Source: the human T2T-CHM13v2.0 reference genome, Homo sapiens
NCBI RefSeq assembly: GCF_009914755.1
Contig: NC_060932.1
Direction: 5' to 3' (one strand)
DNA: 64,000 bases
A program made the position numbers and the translations under genes. The notes under the pieces are model-generated. The model did not search any database. It was not told the origin of the DNA and worked only from the letters and a program-made list of their open reading frames with translations. Positions within the stretch are counted from its first letter, which is position 1; each line of letters starts with the position of its first letter. This document shows positions 27,834-45,214 of the stretch, in pieces.

Positions 27834-28492
27834 AAAAAGTACATTTGTATTAGTATAATGGCTGTAAAACTTACAAAGCATAAAGGAAAAAGAAAAGAAA
27901 ATTGTAATAATAAAAACATTTTTCTACTACTTTATTTGTCCATATTCAGTTAGTACACAGTTTCATCTAAGTATTATTGTCATTAATAACCAAAAAGAGA
28001 AAGTGCAGCTTACCAGTCATAATTTTATGTAAAAGACTAATATGTATTAGTTGTAAAACAATGTTACACCTGACTCAGTGGTATGATGTGTCTTCCAAAG
28101 CAGCCAAGAGAAGTTTATATATAGAATCAAAGAAATGATAATTCTGCTCTCTGATTATTACCATTTATAATTTAAATTACTGCCAGATACTGTGAATTTG
28201 AAGCTGTGACACTGAATCTGCAAAAATGGGAATAATAACAAACCTTAAGGCACAAGAATAAAATATTGCCATATAATTGTAGTATTTGAGCAGGAAATTG
28301 ATATGTCTTATTTTTAATTGAATATGTACACACACACATAATACATTGTTTCTCTAAGTCACTTGAGAATTTTTTTAAATGTACATGTGGAAAAAATAGA
28401 GATGAATATCCCAATATGTCAGCTTTCACACAGGGAAAAAATGTTGATTAGACAAATGGTATTACCCTTCTCTTCAAAATAGTATAAGTAGA

Positions 28493-28630
28493 GGCTGGGT
28501 ATGGTGGCATATGCCTATAATCCCAGCATTTTGGGAGGCTGAAGCAAGAGAATTGTTTGAGCCCAGGAGTTCACGACCAGTTTGGGCAATATAGTAAGAC
28601 CCCATCTCTATAAAAATAAAATAAAATAAT
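28493..28630 (+). mobile_element. FLAM/Alu left monomer
   Basis: Single Alu arm with A tail. Confidence 0.85.
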
Positions 28631-30487
28631 TTAAAAAATCAGTATCAGTAGAAATGTTTAGGAAAACTGAAGAGAATATTTTATTTTAAAATAACTATTT
28701 CCTTTTGAACATAACTTACAAATTTCACAGAGAAAATACAGAAAGAAAGAATTTAATAAGATAAATACTAAAAATTCTTTTGGTTTTTAATGAAATAAGC
28801 ATGCAGATCAATGCAAAGAGATAGAAATTGTTTAAAACAATATGAACTTATAATAGACTAGGTATGAATTTGGATGCATTCATATAACAGCTCATTTCAG
28901 AAATAAAATTATTATAGTATTTTATCATTATTGATTTACTGCATATTTAATCTTTATTTGAAGTTGGTATCATCTTCAAAGAGTTATGCTTTTTTTTTTT
29001 TTCACAGCTTTCTACCCTGCTGGCTATTTACAAAATATGTCAGGGAAAGAAGCACTTGACGGTCCTCCCAAATCAGTGGTGTTCAGCAAACAAGATGAAC
29101 TATAAGATAAAGAATACTAAAAGTCAAGAAAAACAAGTATCCCATAGAGAAAATATTACAGATAGGTGAAATGAAGATGTGATAATTGGGATCAAAACCA
29201 TGCTAGGTTTCTCAGCATTTGGTTATCACAAAGTCTTTATTACACCCATTTTTAAATAATATTCTCACTTTATAAGAAATTGTTTAAAGTTATAATGGTA
29301 GTTTCAGGTTTTTTGAAATTTATTTTACTGTCTACTCTGACCTCCATCGTTCCTAATCAAGAATCAGCCATCTCTTGTATTATATCCTTCTAAGTAATTT
29401 GTCTTTCTCTGGTTGGGTCTAAGATTTTACTTTTCATATTTGGTTTTTACCAGTTTGCCACTGCAGTTTCTAGATATGGTGTTATACTTACATAAATTCT
29501 GAAATTTTCTGATCTACATGAATTTATATGTTGATGATCTAAACTTTTCACTAAGTTTTTGAAACCTTAATTATTTATATATCTCTTTCAGAGACTCCAA
29601 TTTTACAAACAATATACCTGTTAATTTTTATCCAAAAAAAAAAAAGTCAGGCTAGATTGACAGTTTAGATTTGAAACTTCATGACAGGTCCCTGCGTATT
29701 TCTCTGATGATACAGAAAATGACATCTAGGTTAATGACTTAAAACAACGGAGCCACCTCAGAAATTTTAAAGTAAAACTAAATAAGAGAAGATGATTTAA
29801 TAAGGATATCTTTGTCAGGATTTTGATTAAAAGGAAGGCACACTCCTGAGTCATCAAACTCCACATGTGTGTCAGGATTACAGCCATTTCCTGCCCTAGC
29901 CAGGAGGAGGTGGTTAAGAAGATTTTCTTCAGGGCAACACAAGCAATCATATCTCAAAGTAGAAAATGTTCATGTTATAAACACACAAATGTCATCCGGC
30001 TGTGTGATAGTCAGAATGTAGCAGGTTAATGGTATGATTTAAAAGGTGCAGAGAGGGAAAAAAGAATTAAAAGCATTGACAAACAATATCCTCAGCCATT
30101 CCTGGGTTTTGTTACTTCCCTTCTCCAAAAATACCTCCACTGCTGATGCCAATATTTCAACCATTCGTTCCAAACCACACACTGAAGGATTCATCCTTCT
30201 TTTCTTAATTTGTTCTGTGTTCAGGCATTTAATTCTTAAATACTAGTGTTAAAGGTAAACCAATCACTTAACACATTTTAGGGTATTCATTAGTGAAATA
30301 ACAGAATGATGGAGAAGAAACAGAAATGGGCAGAAGATAACTAAACAGGACACACAAGACAAATGTTAGTGAATTTTCCCTTGTAAAGCTTTACCACTTT
30401 TGAAATGCAAATATATATATGTATGTTTGTATATATATATACATATAGATATATAGATATCAGGCAATAATCATAATCAGATGCAGC

Positions 30488-30600
30488 TTGTAATCCCAGC
30501 TACTTAGGAGGCTGAGGCAGGAGGACAGCTTGAGCCCAGGAATTTAAGGCCAGCCTGGGCAATATAGCAAGACCTTGAGACCCTGTCTCTAAAATAATAA
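30488..30600 (+). mobile_element. FLAM_A-type Alu monomer
   Basis: gtaatcccagctacttaggaggctgagg...gccagcctgggcaatatagcaagacc. Confidence 0.75.
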
Positions 30601-30764
30601 TAATGATGATGATAAAAAGTCATCTTTGTTGAATGTTTACTATGAGCCAGACTCTGCTAAATGCTTTACTGACATTTATTCACTTATTTGTTCAAATACT
30701 AATTGCCAAATGCTATTCTTGGTATACAGGTTATATTAATAAAGAAAGCAGATAATATTCCTAC

Positions 30765-31109
<345 letters not shown>

Positions 31110-31378
31110 TAGTAGTAGGCTAAGCCAAGCAAACTTATCAACAATATATCAGTGGGTGGTAGGGGCTATTCTGAAAAGTAAAGCAGGGAAGGATAGTTAG
31201 AATGTGATGACATTATTTCTAATTTAATATTCACCAATATCCAACAAACCTAAGAAGTACAAATGAGAAGCCATGAGGCTCTGAGAGGTTCAGTAACCAG
31301 AGATTGAGCTTGTAACCACTGTATGGTTCCCGTGGTTATTTTTAATCTAATTACGTTAACTATTTGATGAAAGAATGA

Positions 31379-31731
<353 letters not shown>

Positions 31732-32109
31732 ACCTCTTCGAACTTCTAAATGAAGGCAAACCATAGTGTAGTGTCTCCCCAGTGCCCGCTGTACTTGCCC
31801 AGTGCTCCTTGCTTGTTCCTGCATGGTTCTCACCACGCTGTTTCTACAATTCTTTGTTATTTTCTAGATGTCCCATTGAGCTATGAGCTGCCTGGAGGGA
31901 ACTACCTTACAATTATTTTTATATTCACAGTATCAAGCATAGTCCCAAGATCTTCGTTGGTGGCCACTAAATGGCTGCTGGATGAATAAATTAGCAATTA
32001 AAGTAGAATTTGAGAGAAGCCATTTGGAAGAAAGCTAAAATGGGAAGAGAGATGTAAAACAGCCCCATTAGTCCTTATTCCAGCTGTTCTTTCCTGCAGC
32101 CCAGGACAC

Positions 32110-32382
32110 TCACAGAACATTGGTTAAGAGCTTTGACAGTATAGTCAGAAATCCAAAGTTAGATTCTCAACCCGTATGCACCCGTGGCTCTTTATTCAAC
32201 TTTGTTTAAGCCTCAGTTTCTTTATCCACAAAGCACAGATAATGAAAGTATCTAACTTTCTGTTGATGTGAGTATTAGATATGATAATCCATGTTAAACT
32301 CTTAGCAACATGCTTAGTGTACTGTAATTGCATCATACTTGTTAGTTGCCATAATAATCATCATCACCATCATCATCATCAT
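32110..32382 (+). mobile_element. MIR followed by (CAT)n
   Basis: tttaagcctcagtttctttatccacaaagcacagataatgaaagtatctaac. Confidence 0.6.
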
Positions 32383-33118
32383 CTTAGGTATTTTGCACAA
32401 GCTTATTAATTAGAGCATCTTTTCCTAAATAGTTTTTTAAGCCAAGAAGGTTTTGACCAACAACCCTATAATAGGAATGTTGTTACCCATTTATTCTTGC
32501 TGTCAAAATTCTCCTTATCTTTTTGAGGCACTGAAGACCAAATAGTTTCTCCAACCCAAAGAAATAAGGTTAACAAGGTTAACATAGAAATTGTAGGTGG
32601 TGGATTGACATCATAGTGTGGGAATTTTCAGACCACCAATTAGGCAGTTGACCACTTTTACCCTCTGATTAAGAAGAAATGCAGAGTGATAGTTTATGAA
32701 TGATCCATCAATGGTTATTAAACCTGCATGCATGACTAACTGCATAATTGTTCAAACAGATCATCCTTCCTAGAGAGCAGTAAGGGTCTTTGTTCAACTA
32801 CAGCAAGAGCTATCTGCCCTCTCTCTAGTGAGGAATTGTTTTGACATATCACACTTGAGAGTTCTTATTAAGTAGGGCCTACAAGGTAAGACGCAAAACA
32901 ACAAACTGGAAAAATTGGAACTTAAACAACGTTATTGTAGAATAGTTTCACAGTCGACTGAGTGGACAAAGAGTAGTACACACAGGTGTTCTGAGTGTCT
33001 ATCAGATCGTTAGAGTAGCATCTTCTTTTTAAGGAGAAAGAGTTATATGAAGACATTCTTTCCTTATAAGATCGAGTTTACTTGAGCTCTTGGTATAGCC
33101 ATTTAAGTTACATTTTCA

Positions 33119-33525
<407 letters not shown>

Positions 33526-34025
33526 ACGTTATAATCACAACCCTAACTGGAAATGTGGGAACATCATGTATTGGGAATGGCAAAGGTATCTGGCCCTCTT
33601 GGCTTGCAATGCAGTTCAGCATCACAAAAATAAATGCTACATTGGTCCAAAAGGTGCTAAAAATAAAAGGTTATTTAACATATATCTCTATCAAGTCATG
33701 TTACAGGAGTCACATACTGCAGAAGGCACATTTGGAAAGCCTCTCTAGAGATGGGATAATTTTATTAATTCAAAATGGATAAAGCTCTCCTGTGAATAAC
33801 TAAGGATATTAAATTCCACTTTTCAGTGAATTTTAATGTAATAGATGCCCCTCGTCTGTACTCCATAAAATCCTTAAATATATTCATTATGACACTCATT
33901 GTACTTTTGATATTCTTTTGTCTCCCTACTATATTTTGAAGATTTTTAAGGTTGATTCTGTTGCTTTCATCTCTATAAACTTAGTCCCTGATTTGATTTC
34001 TGATACAGAAGGTAATCAAAAACTA

Positions 34026-34540
<515 letters not shown>

Positions 34541-34808
34541 GAAGGTCAGCAGTAAAAGTAGGTCATGTCATGTAGATGAAGGCAGCTAATTCAGGACAGC
34601 ACAGAAGCAGATGTGTATGTCACTTTACAAATTTGTCAGACTCAAGATCAAATATATGGACTAGCATATTATTTTTTACTTACAGGTAAAAAGATAGCAG
34701 TTTGTAATTGCCAAATTTAGAGATAAAATGCATTGATAATAAAAATCATTGTATATTACATAGACGCATAGAGTATTCTAGAAGTAGAAAACAAGACATT
34801 CTAAAGGA

Positions 34809-35121
<313 letters not shown>

Positions 35122-35356
35122 TAATCTTCAGAAGTAGAGTTGGTCTCTAAATACATGCCCTTTGGGGTGCATTTGTTCTGGAACTCAGTAGCTCCAGTTT
35201 GTCCTTGATGGCACTAACACTAGCCTATCATAAGCGAATAAGACTTTATCATAAACTAATAAGACATAGCCATCATATGGTATAGTGGTACTGAGTTCAT
35301 TTTTTTAAGTCTATAAGTTATTTTTGGTCTTTTTTAAATGCCTATACACAAATGGC

Positions 35357-35547
35357 CTTTTTTTTTTTTTTTTTTTTTTTTTTTGGATACGAGGTCTCAC
35401 TGTGTTGCCCAGGCTGGAGTGTAGTGGAATGATCTCAGCTCACTGCTACCTCTGTCTCAAGCAAATTACAGGCATGCACCACCAGGCCCGGCTAATTTTT
35501 TGTATTTTTAGTAGAGACAAGGTTTCACCATGTTGCCCAGGCTGGTC
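35357..35547 (-). mobile_element. Alu, truncated and internally deleted
   Basis: Long poly-T, right arm with deletion, partial left arm. Confidence 0.85.
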
Positions 35548-35899
35548 ATTCTTATTTAAAGTTTCCTGTATTATTTATCATTCATGTCCAATAATGATAT
35601 CGATGCTAACTGCTCCTCAACACCCCTGTATATTGTCCTTCTACACTCTTCTACAAGATGATTGTCTATAATTTTGAAACAAAAAGTTACACCTCAAAAC
35701 TGTCTCTCCACAACATTTAAGTAATGGAACCATCAATCAAACAAACACACTAAACCAAATAATGAAACAGGTGCCCCTTAAGGTCATACTCTTAACAAAA
35801 ATGGTCAAAAGAAAAAAATACAAAATTCTGTTGCAAAGCTGGGCAATGTTGTGTGGCAAGTCTCCTAACCATCCTGTTCTGATCATCTTCTATTCACCC

Positions 35900-36621
35900 T
35901 GTTGGCAAAGGAGGGGTCCTTCACCCCGAGTAGTATGAGATAGCCAAACATGTGGCAACCAACACTGGACAGATGAGAATGAAAGCAGTTTGTTAGTCAT
36001 ATACATTCACAGCTCAGAGGAGGATGCTGCTTGCCATGCAGGGGCACACAAGGGTTGCACTTGAGAGTAGACTGAACCAGCAAGGGCTGCCAAAGGAAGT
36101 CAGGCTTTGTAGTAACAAGTGGATGAGCTGCCTTCTGGTTCCCATTAGGTTGAGGCCTAGGTAGAGTGCGGCTGCTCCAGTGAAGAAGCGAACTGGCCAG
36201 GTGGTGGGCTTCTCCCGATGGGTCTGGAGAATATCTGGCAAAGGCAGAGGAACTCACAGTTAGGCCATTAGGACCCTGTGAGGCTCAAAGATGTCACAGC
36301 AGCATTTGAAATATTAGGACTTTTTTTTGACACAGGATCTGGCTGTCACTTAGGCTGGAGTGCAGTAGTCCAATCACAGCTCCCTGCAGCCTTGACCTCC
36401 CAGGATCAAGCGATCCTCCCACCTCAGCCTCCTGAGCAGCTGGGACTACAGAAGCACCACGCCTGACAAATTTTTGTATTTTTTGTAAAGTTGGGGTTTC
36501 TCCATGTCTCTCAGACTGGTCTCAAACTCCTGAGCTCGAGCAATTCAACTGTCTCACCCTTCCAAAGTGCTGGGATTGCAGGTATGAGCCAACACACCAA
36601 GCCAGGACTTTTCAAGAGTAC
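35900..36621 (-). mobile_element. ERVL LTR (MER74/LTR53-like), interrupted by AluJ at 36322-36603
   Basis: cactggacagatgaga...gcagtttgttagtcatatacattcacag...ggctttgtagta; Alu TSD aggactttt. Confidence 0.6.
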
Positions 36622-38479
36622 AAATTTTGGTACTATCAAGTCAAACAAATGCCTGCAATTAGTCTTCACGTCCAGTACTTTGCTTTTGTAGTAAAACTAA
36701 CTGAGTCATCCTATTTTGTAGGAATGAGTGATGGGAGAAACTGGTTCAATAGAGGAAGCTAACTATGAGATGGACTCACTCTCAGGGAGACACACTGATT
36801 TGGAGAACTGATCTGAAGCCAGAAGTGACTCACTTTTATTGAAGAAAACAGTCAAACTCTGTAAACTATTTGAAGAAATTTATTCTGAGCCAAATATGAG
36901 TGACTGACCAATGGCCAGTGGCACAGCCCACAGGAGATCCTGAGAACATGTGCCTGAGGTGGTCTGGGCATAGCCTAGTTGTATACATTTTAGGGAGACA
37001 TGGGACATCAATCAAATACATGAAATATATACATTGGTTTAATCCAGAAAGGCAGGACAACTTAAAGGTAGGGGGAGGGGGCTTCCACATTATAGGCAGA
37101 TTTAAAATTTTTGTAATTGGCAATTGGTCAAAAGAGTTATTATCAATAGAAAAGAATGTCTGGGTTACAATAAAAGGTTGTGGAGAACAAAGTTTTATCA
37201 TGCAGATGAAGCCTCCAGGTAGCAGGCTTCAGAGAGAATAGATTGTAAATGTTTCTTATCAAACTTAAGGTCTGTGTTGATGTTAAATGCTGGTCAGCTT
37301 TTCCTGAATTCCAAAAGGGAGGAGGACATGAGACATGTCTGACCCTCCCTTCCTGTCTGGGTCTGAACCAGTTTTTCAGGTTAACTTTGGAATGTCCTGG
37401 CCAAGAGGAGGGATCCTTTCAGTTGGCTAGAGGGGCCCTAGAATTTTGGTTTTGGTTTACATTCTCCCACTTCTGGCCAAGATTTTTTCCAGAGGCAACA
37501 TCAATGGCCACCAAATTTTTATATTGTCCCATGATGTTACCGGGGTGACACGGCTGCCTGCCTGGGGCCCATCCTGTCCCTCGGTGGGACTCCTATGGCT
37601 GAGGGATTTACATTCAAAAGATGTACAGTCAATTAAATGTTCTAAGCCAGACAAGAATGGATGTGGACAGGTAGTCACTGCCCCTTAAACAAAATTTTTA
37701 AAGTAAAAAGCCAATGAACAAAAAGCCAAAGGTGAGATTACAAAACTGAGCTATCTTTAACTTCTATTAATTAAGCTACTGTAATCTTGGTTTTAATTAC
37801 AGACTTATAGCAATTAGCTATATGAAACATGAGCATTGCTCTGAAAAAAAATTTTAATGTGTATCAATTTTCACAACTCTTAACTGGGTGTATTATACCC
37901 AGGAGGTTTTGCCATGAGGTATCTTTATCCTCCCCATAATTTTTTTTTTTAATTCTACAGGAAGCAAGAAATTCTTTATGGTTGGGGTGGATGCAAAGAT
38001 GCCAATAATAGGCTAAGTCCCTTGTTTTACCAGTGTTTAGGCATCTCTGTACCCATCTTGATTTGGAGGGTCTGACCTAATTCTGTCCCTCAAAACAGCC
38101 TTTACAATCTCACCAGCCCACCTCTTCCACAACAGTCCCTGGGCCAGAAGGGAAGATGCTTGTTCAGGCTTAGCAGCAGTGCATTTCCAGTGAAAAACAG
38201 ATCAAGCCCAGTGTGATGCCAAATGTGGGAGATTCATATCTCTAGTCTTCAAAATACAATGATTTTTGTTTCCTTGGAAGTAAAACAAGGAAAGAGAAAT
38301 AACATTAACATTGTGACAATCAAAAGAGTATTTTGTGTGTCAGAACAGAGAAATGAAGCTATTCCATTAGGGCACCAACTAAAAATACGAAGAAAAATTA
38401 TAATCTCATACTCCCTAGAGAATTATTGCAGCCAAGAAATAATACATGATTCAATCTGCACTCTAAAAAAAAAATGTCA

Positions 38480-38795
<316 letters not shown>

Positions 38796-39458
38796 TTACT
38801 CGTTTCCTTTGAAACAATTTCTCTTTCTCTAGCCCTCCTTTTCTATTAAAAGAAATTATAGTAAGGCCAATTTGTGTGCAAAATAAGTTTTAGGCTTGTT
38901 ATACTTGGCCTTATTATTTGCATAAAGTGCAGCAAGAATTTATTGTCCATATAGGCACTTTTTAAGTTGGATTTCCTGGAACTTTACCTAAAAATGTGTT
39001 ATTCTAGTCTAAGTCTTGGTAAAATAACCGGTGTATCTAATTGTCCTCTTTGGAAAGACTTTCACTAAACTTACGCAAATCACTATATTGTCAAAATCAC
39101 AAACAGTTTCCAAATTTCAGAGAACTCAGAGAGAAAGGTGAATTTATTTACAAAAATATACTTCACCCAAATGCTCTAAACTATAAATAACTCAAAAGAA
39201 GATTTTCCTGACTATTCTTTAACCAGAGCAGCAGCCTTTTAAACAGCATGTCATTTGTTCATTCTCAACTGCCATTCACATGCTAAGTAGCTTTTGTTAG
39301 ATGAGAGCTGTTTATCAGGCACAGTAGACTCTAGCAGCTCCTCACATAGTTAGAGTCAGTCCTATGGAGAAAAAAAAGGAGGGTCCCAGCTCAGGAGTAT
39401 CTCCTCCTTGTAGTGTCAGGTAGCAAGATCTTATGTAAACCATTTTTATTTTATCATG

Positions 39459-39903
39459 TATGATGATTAATATTGAGTGCCAACTTGATTGAATTGAAGG
39501 ATGTAAAGTATTGATCTTGGGTGTGTCTGTGAGGGTGTTGCCAGAGGAGATTAACATTTGAGTTAGGGGACTGAAAAAGGCAGACTCTCACCCTTAATCT
39601 TGGTGGGCACCATCTAATCAGCTGCCAGTGCAGCCAGGATATAAAAGCAGGCAGAAAAACATGAAAAGCTTAGACTGGATTAGCCTCCAAGCCTACATCT
39701 TTCTTCCATACTGGATGCTTCCTGCCCTCAAACATCAGACTCCAAGTTCTTCAGCTTTGGGACTCAGACTGGCTTCCTTGCTCCACAGCTTGCAGACAGC
39801 CTATTGTGGGACCTTGTGATCGTGTGACTTAATACTCCTTAATAAACTCCAATTTATATATATCCTATCAGTCCTGTCCCTCCAGAGAACCTTGACTAAT
39901 ACA
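39459..39903 (+). mobile_element. MLT2A (HERV-L) solo LTR nested in MER4-int
   Basis: gattaatattgagtgccaacttgattg...gagaaccttgactaataca; TSD tcatg/ttatg. Confidence 0.88.
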
Positions 39904-42238
39904 TTATGGAACTCTTTTGGACACCATTATTTCCATTAGCATAGGGATAGCTTCAGTTAACATTCCATAGCAAGGCAGTAAATGCCCCTTCAGTGGAAAT
40001 TATCTAGTCCAGTAGTTGTCACTGGGAAGTATTCACAGTCTTTTGCCATAAACCCCAATAAATGTTCCACGAAGGTCTATAAAGTGAAGGATTTGCCCTG
40101 ACTAGCATTCTAGCTTTTACCCAATATTCTGTGGGCTCAGGCAATCTTATTAGTTCCCATTTAAAGTGCACAATTATCATTTCTCAAAGGGCAGATTTAC
40201 ATGCCTTCAGTTGTGTAGTATTACATAGGGGAAGCATCTCCTAGTCAGATACAGTACCTATTTTCATAAGACATTTAGGTAAAGGAGTCACAACTACTTT
40301 ACATAAAGCCTGTTTAAACATTTCAAATTTCATCATCCTATCAACCTGTGTATTTTTATGTTCTGGTCCCAGGTGCTTTTCTTTTCTATCCCCAGATCAT
40401 TGTACCTTTTATGGTGTAAAAGGGTTGGGTTCCCAGCAGGGAGTAAGTTGAGCCAAGGAACTCAGGCTCTTCCGTCAATTTTTAACTTTATTTGCCTCAT
40501 CATTGCCCTAGGCAATGTTACCTTCCTCACTATAACTTTTGCCTTTTTGATTTTTCTTAGATTTCCCCAATTTGGGGCAAATGCAGAAAACTGATGTGGA
40601 ACCCTTTAGTGTTGGGGAACCAGCAGGGGTTCCCTTTGGCCCACTCAACCCTCAATAGAATTGTAAGGACCTTTGTTTTAACTCCACCAATTTTCATTTT
40701 ATTTATTTCATTTCTTAATAACCATTTAAAGATTTCTATCACCCTTCTGGAGCAAGTCCTTTGACTCCCTTTTGACTTTCCCATTTTTTTCCCTTTTTAA
40801 AAATTTTAATTATCCTAATGTTTTATTAAGCATCTATAAGACCCATGAAGGAAAGCAAATTTGGTAAGGCTTCTCAGACAGTTGTATAATTCTGTGGAAG
40901 TAGTGTCATCTGGGGTGCCCATGTTAAAAGGGTTTCCTTAACCCCAACATTTACCACAACCTGGGAAACAGGCATATTTAGTGGAGAATATCCTGGTCAT
41001 TATAAAGCCAGTCCCACATGGCTTGCACATGAAGCGTATCAGCTGCTTCATCTGGAGTACTCCACTTGGCATTTTATAGGGAGAGTTGGGAAGTCTCCTT
41101 CAGGTAAAAAGAACTTACAGTGGTGTTTATCCAGCTCATTAGACTGGACATTCTCTCAGGAATAACCTCCTGTGCATTTGGATTACATATACTCATCAAT
41201 GGTTTAGCAGTGAGCTCTGGGTCCTGCATCAACCCAAACAAGCTTTTTCATTCTGTAGCATTTAAAATTAAGGATATTAACCTTAAAGTAGTTATTTTTA
41301 CAATCCATCATAGTAAAGGATTTTCCAGAGGCCAATGATACCAGTATACAAAATGGAATAATCCTTTTATATTATACACTCTGGTTTTAATAGTTACTTG
41401 GTTTTGTCCTTCTCCCACATTGACTATCTTTTTGGTAACCACAGGTCTCAGAGGTAACTTTTACCTTTAGTAAGCAAATGCAGCCCGGCTGCAGCTCCTT
41501 AAGATGGGAAACCACATGGCCACACAAGAGTCAAAGTTTCTCATTCCCCATCTTTTTGTTTTTCTTTTTATACATTTAGTTTTCTCTATATATTTTTTTC
41601 CTTCATTTTAAAGTGACTCTTAAATAGTCTCTAAACTAGAAACAAATACACTTTTTAAGCAAAAACCATAATCTTGTGATTTAATGAACTTCACCAAAAA
41701 CACCTTTTACTCTGCTACTATTTTAACTGTTAGTAATCTAATTCCCAGTGAAAACACTGAGGTTACTTAATTTAACATAACATGACTTTAAAATTTTAAA
41801 CTTCTGGAGAGAATTAATCTTACCAAAGATTAACAAGATCATGTGAATTAAAAGGCGTCTGAGCTAGCTTCTTTCAGTTTGATAAGTGCTTACTCGCCTT
41901 CAAGTCAATTAATTAGAACCCTTTCATATAGTTTGGTAGTGAAATATCACTTCCACATGATACATATAAACATATAGATATAACAGATATACAGACTAAG
42001 GCAGTTCCAAAAGATTTTTCATTTGCTTGCTTTCAATAAGTGTTCTCCCTTACTTTAGATTATTAATGGAAAACAATAAAGGAACCAACAAAAGGTGAAG
42101 GAGAGAGTTATTATCCTAGGCCTTTTCAAAAAAGAGAAAGAGCTGAATTTCTGAGATATCAATCTGAAGAATTTCAAAAAGAAACAGATTCTAGAGTTTG
42201 AAAAATTAAAAACTTCTTGCATTAAGAGTAAATCAATA

Positions 42239-42556
<318 letters not shown>

Positions 42557-45214
42557 TAGACTAAGTCAATATTTTAAATAAAATCTTGTTCTAACCAATT
42601 CTTTACTTTTGTATGTGTATTTTTAATATCAAAACCCATTTTTAGAAAAACTATTATAATTTTCTTTAATTATAGCCAACTTGATCACATGACATTTTTA
42701 TAAATTTCTTTTTACCAACTTTATTGCAACTTACATAGACCATTCATGACATGCTTGGACTTTCTGGTTTGTCCTAAATATCCCTTTCTTGAACAACCAA
42801 TTATCTTATTTCAGAACAAAAAATTCACTATACAAGATTCTTTCTCATGTAAAATTACTTTTAACCCTTATTACCAAAAAATATCCCTTTATATCTATAA
42901 CTTTCTTTACATCTCTCTTATTTCCTGGTTCCTTTTGCCTTGTTTTATATATAACCTCTAAATTACCTTTGAATTAAACAACAAATAATTACCTTTTATA
43001 ATAACACATTATTAAAGCGTTTTTTATAATTTTCAAATTGGAAATTACCCAGACATTAATTAATATAAACTTGGTTCTAAATTATACGTCTGTTTACAAG
43101 CATTTATTTCTAAATTATATAGTATTCTGCAGAAATAAGTATGAAACTGCTTGATCAATAAATGCAAACAAAAATGCTGACAATTCCTAAGACATTTTTA
43201 GAATTATTTTACCAATAATTTTAAAGCTAGCCTATTTATTTAAGATTTCATTTAAGTCACATGAACTTGAAAAGTATTTGGGCTTATTATTTAATTTATG
43301 AGTACTCCTTAACTTTAAGCCAATTCAGTACCTTGTGGCCAAGACACATTAACAAAATATGTGTAAGTACACAGAAACACACACATACACACTTACACAA
43401 ACAAAGATGCTATAGCTTTTACTTCAGAACTCTAGCCATGTGATATTAATACAAACTCACCAGTTTGCAAAGAAAAAAAAGTGGATGAATCTAAACAGTG
43501 GTTTATATCTCCATAGTTTTAAAGCAGGCCTAAACGAAAATATAGAAATAGAGAACGGAAGAGCTTGAGAGTTTGCAGGTCAACCTTTGGGCTCTGAATT
43601 CTTCCTTGATGTAAATGTGTACAAAAAGACCATAATATGTCCATTTTACACAAACGCTTCCTAGTAGAGGCACCATAAAACCAACGGCATGCCCAAAAGT
43701 GGGTCATTCTCCTCGTTTTTCCTCATTCTTGGATTATTCGTTTCCCACTTAAAAAAAAAAAAGAGAAACTGAGCTATAGCGTAGAGTTTATTGTAGTGAG
43801 TTGATGTGTACTGACTGTGGGCAGGACTCCAGAGTATGTCACCACTGAGTCATTTCCACCCTCTTACATGTCTTGGTTTTGCTCTCCAGAGGTCTAGCAC
43901 CTCTGAGAGGACTCAAAATACAGAGTGACCAGCTCCTATATGCATTTCCTTGCCTTTTAAAATTAATTTTGTTGAGGGTTCCCTGTAGGGCTGCTGTATG
44001 TTGCAGGGGGTCAACCCCTCAGATACTCCAACTTTGCCCCTGGTCACCCAGGGGCACCTTTCAGCTGGCAATAGCAAAATGCCCTTTTGCTCTGGAGCTG
44101 ATGAAACTTGGTCTTTCATTTATCTATGAAAACAACAGTTCAGTTCCTCATGCAAAGGTGCATATAAGCCAATCAAAATTAATTTTTGGAGAAAAAGCAA
44201 TGGAGAAGACCATTTAGAATGCACTTCCAAACTAGAAACCAAATGGGGTGCCCAAAAGAGGGTCGTTCTTCTTGTCTTCAGAAAAAGACAATAAAGAATA
44301 CCCTTTAGAATGCTAGAATAAGGATCCTAAACAACAACTTTCTAGCAGGGGGAAAATGCAGCTCGGAATAAATCGAGGAAAATCAATAAAAGGGAAGTTC
44401 AGGGCTCAGAAGGACTTACCAATTCTACCAGAGGAGAAACTCAAAGTCAAGGAGGCTTTCAATGAGCTCCTGCTGATCCTTAGCTCGAGGTTCAGACAAC
44501 TCCTTCAGGGTTCTTAGTCTTCTCTGAGGCCCCATGTTGCTTGTCAAATTATGATCAACAAAAACAATCAAACTCTGTAAAATATTTTAAGAGATTTATT
44601 CTGAGCCAAATATGAATGACCAGTGGCCCATGGCACACCCCTCAGAAGATCCTGAGAACATGTGTCCAATGTGGTCTGGGCACTACATTTTAGGGAGACA
44701 TGAGACATCAATCAAACACATATAAGATATTCATTGGTTCTGTCCAGAAAAGTGGAACAACTCAAAGCAAGGGGTATGGGAGTTGCTTTCAGGTCACAGG
44801 TAGATTTCAAATTTTTCTGATTAGCAATTGGTTGAAAGATTTATCGATAGAAAGAAATGTTTGGATTATGATAAGGGGTTGTGGAGACCAAAGTTTTATC
44901 ATGCAGATGAAGCCTCCAGGTAGGAGGCTTCAGAGAGAGTAGATTATAAATGTTTCTTGTCAAACTTAAGGTCTGCATTGATGTTAATGCTAGTCGGCTT
45001 CTCCTGAATTCCAAAAGGGAGGAAGATATAAAGAGGCATGTCCAACCCTTCCCACCATGGCCTGAACCAGTTTTTCAGGTTAACTTTGGAATGCCCTAGT
45101 AAAGAGGACGAATCCGTTCAGATGGTTGGTGGGGGCACAGGAGGGCTTCGAATTTTATTTTGGGTTAACACACTTTACAATTATTTTGTGAGCACCAAAA
45201 TAGGGACTGAACTT

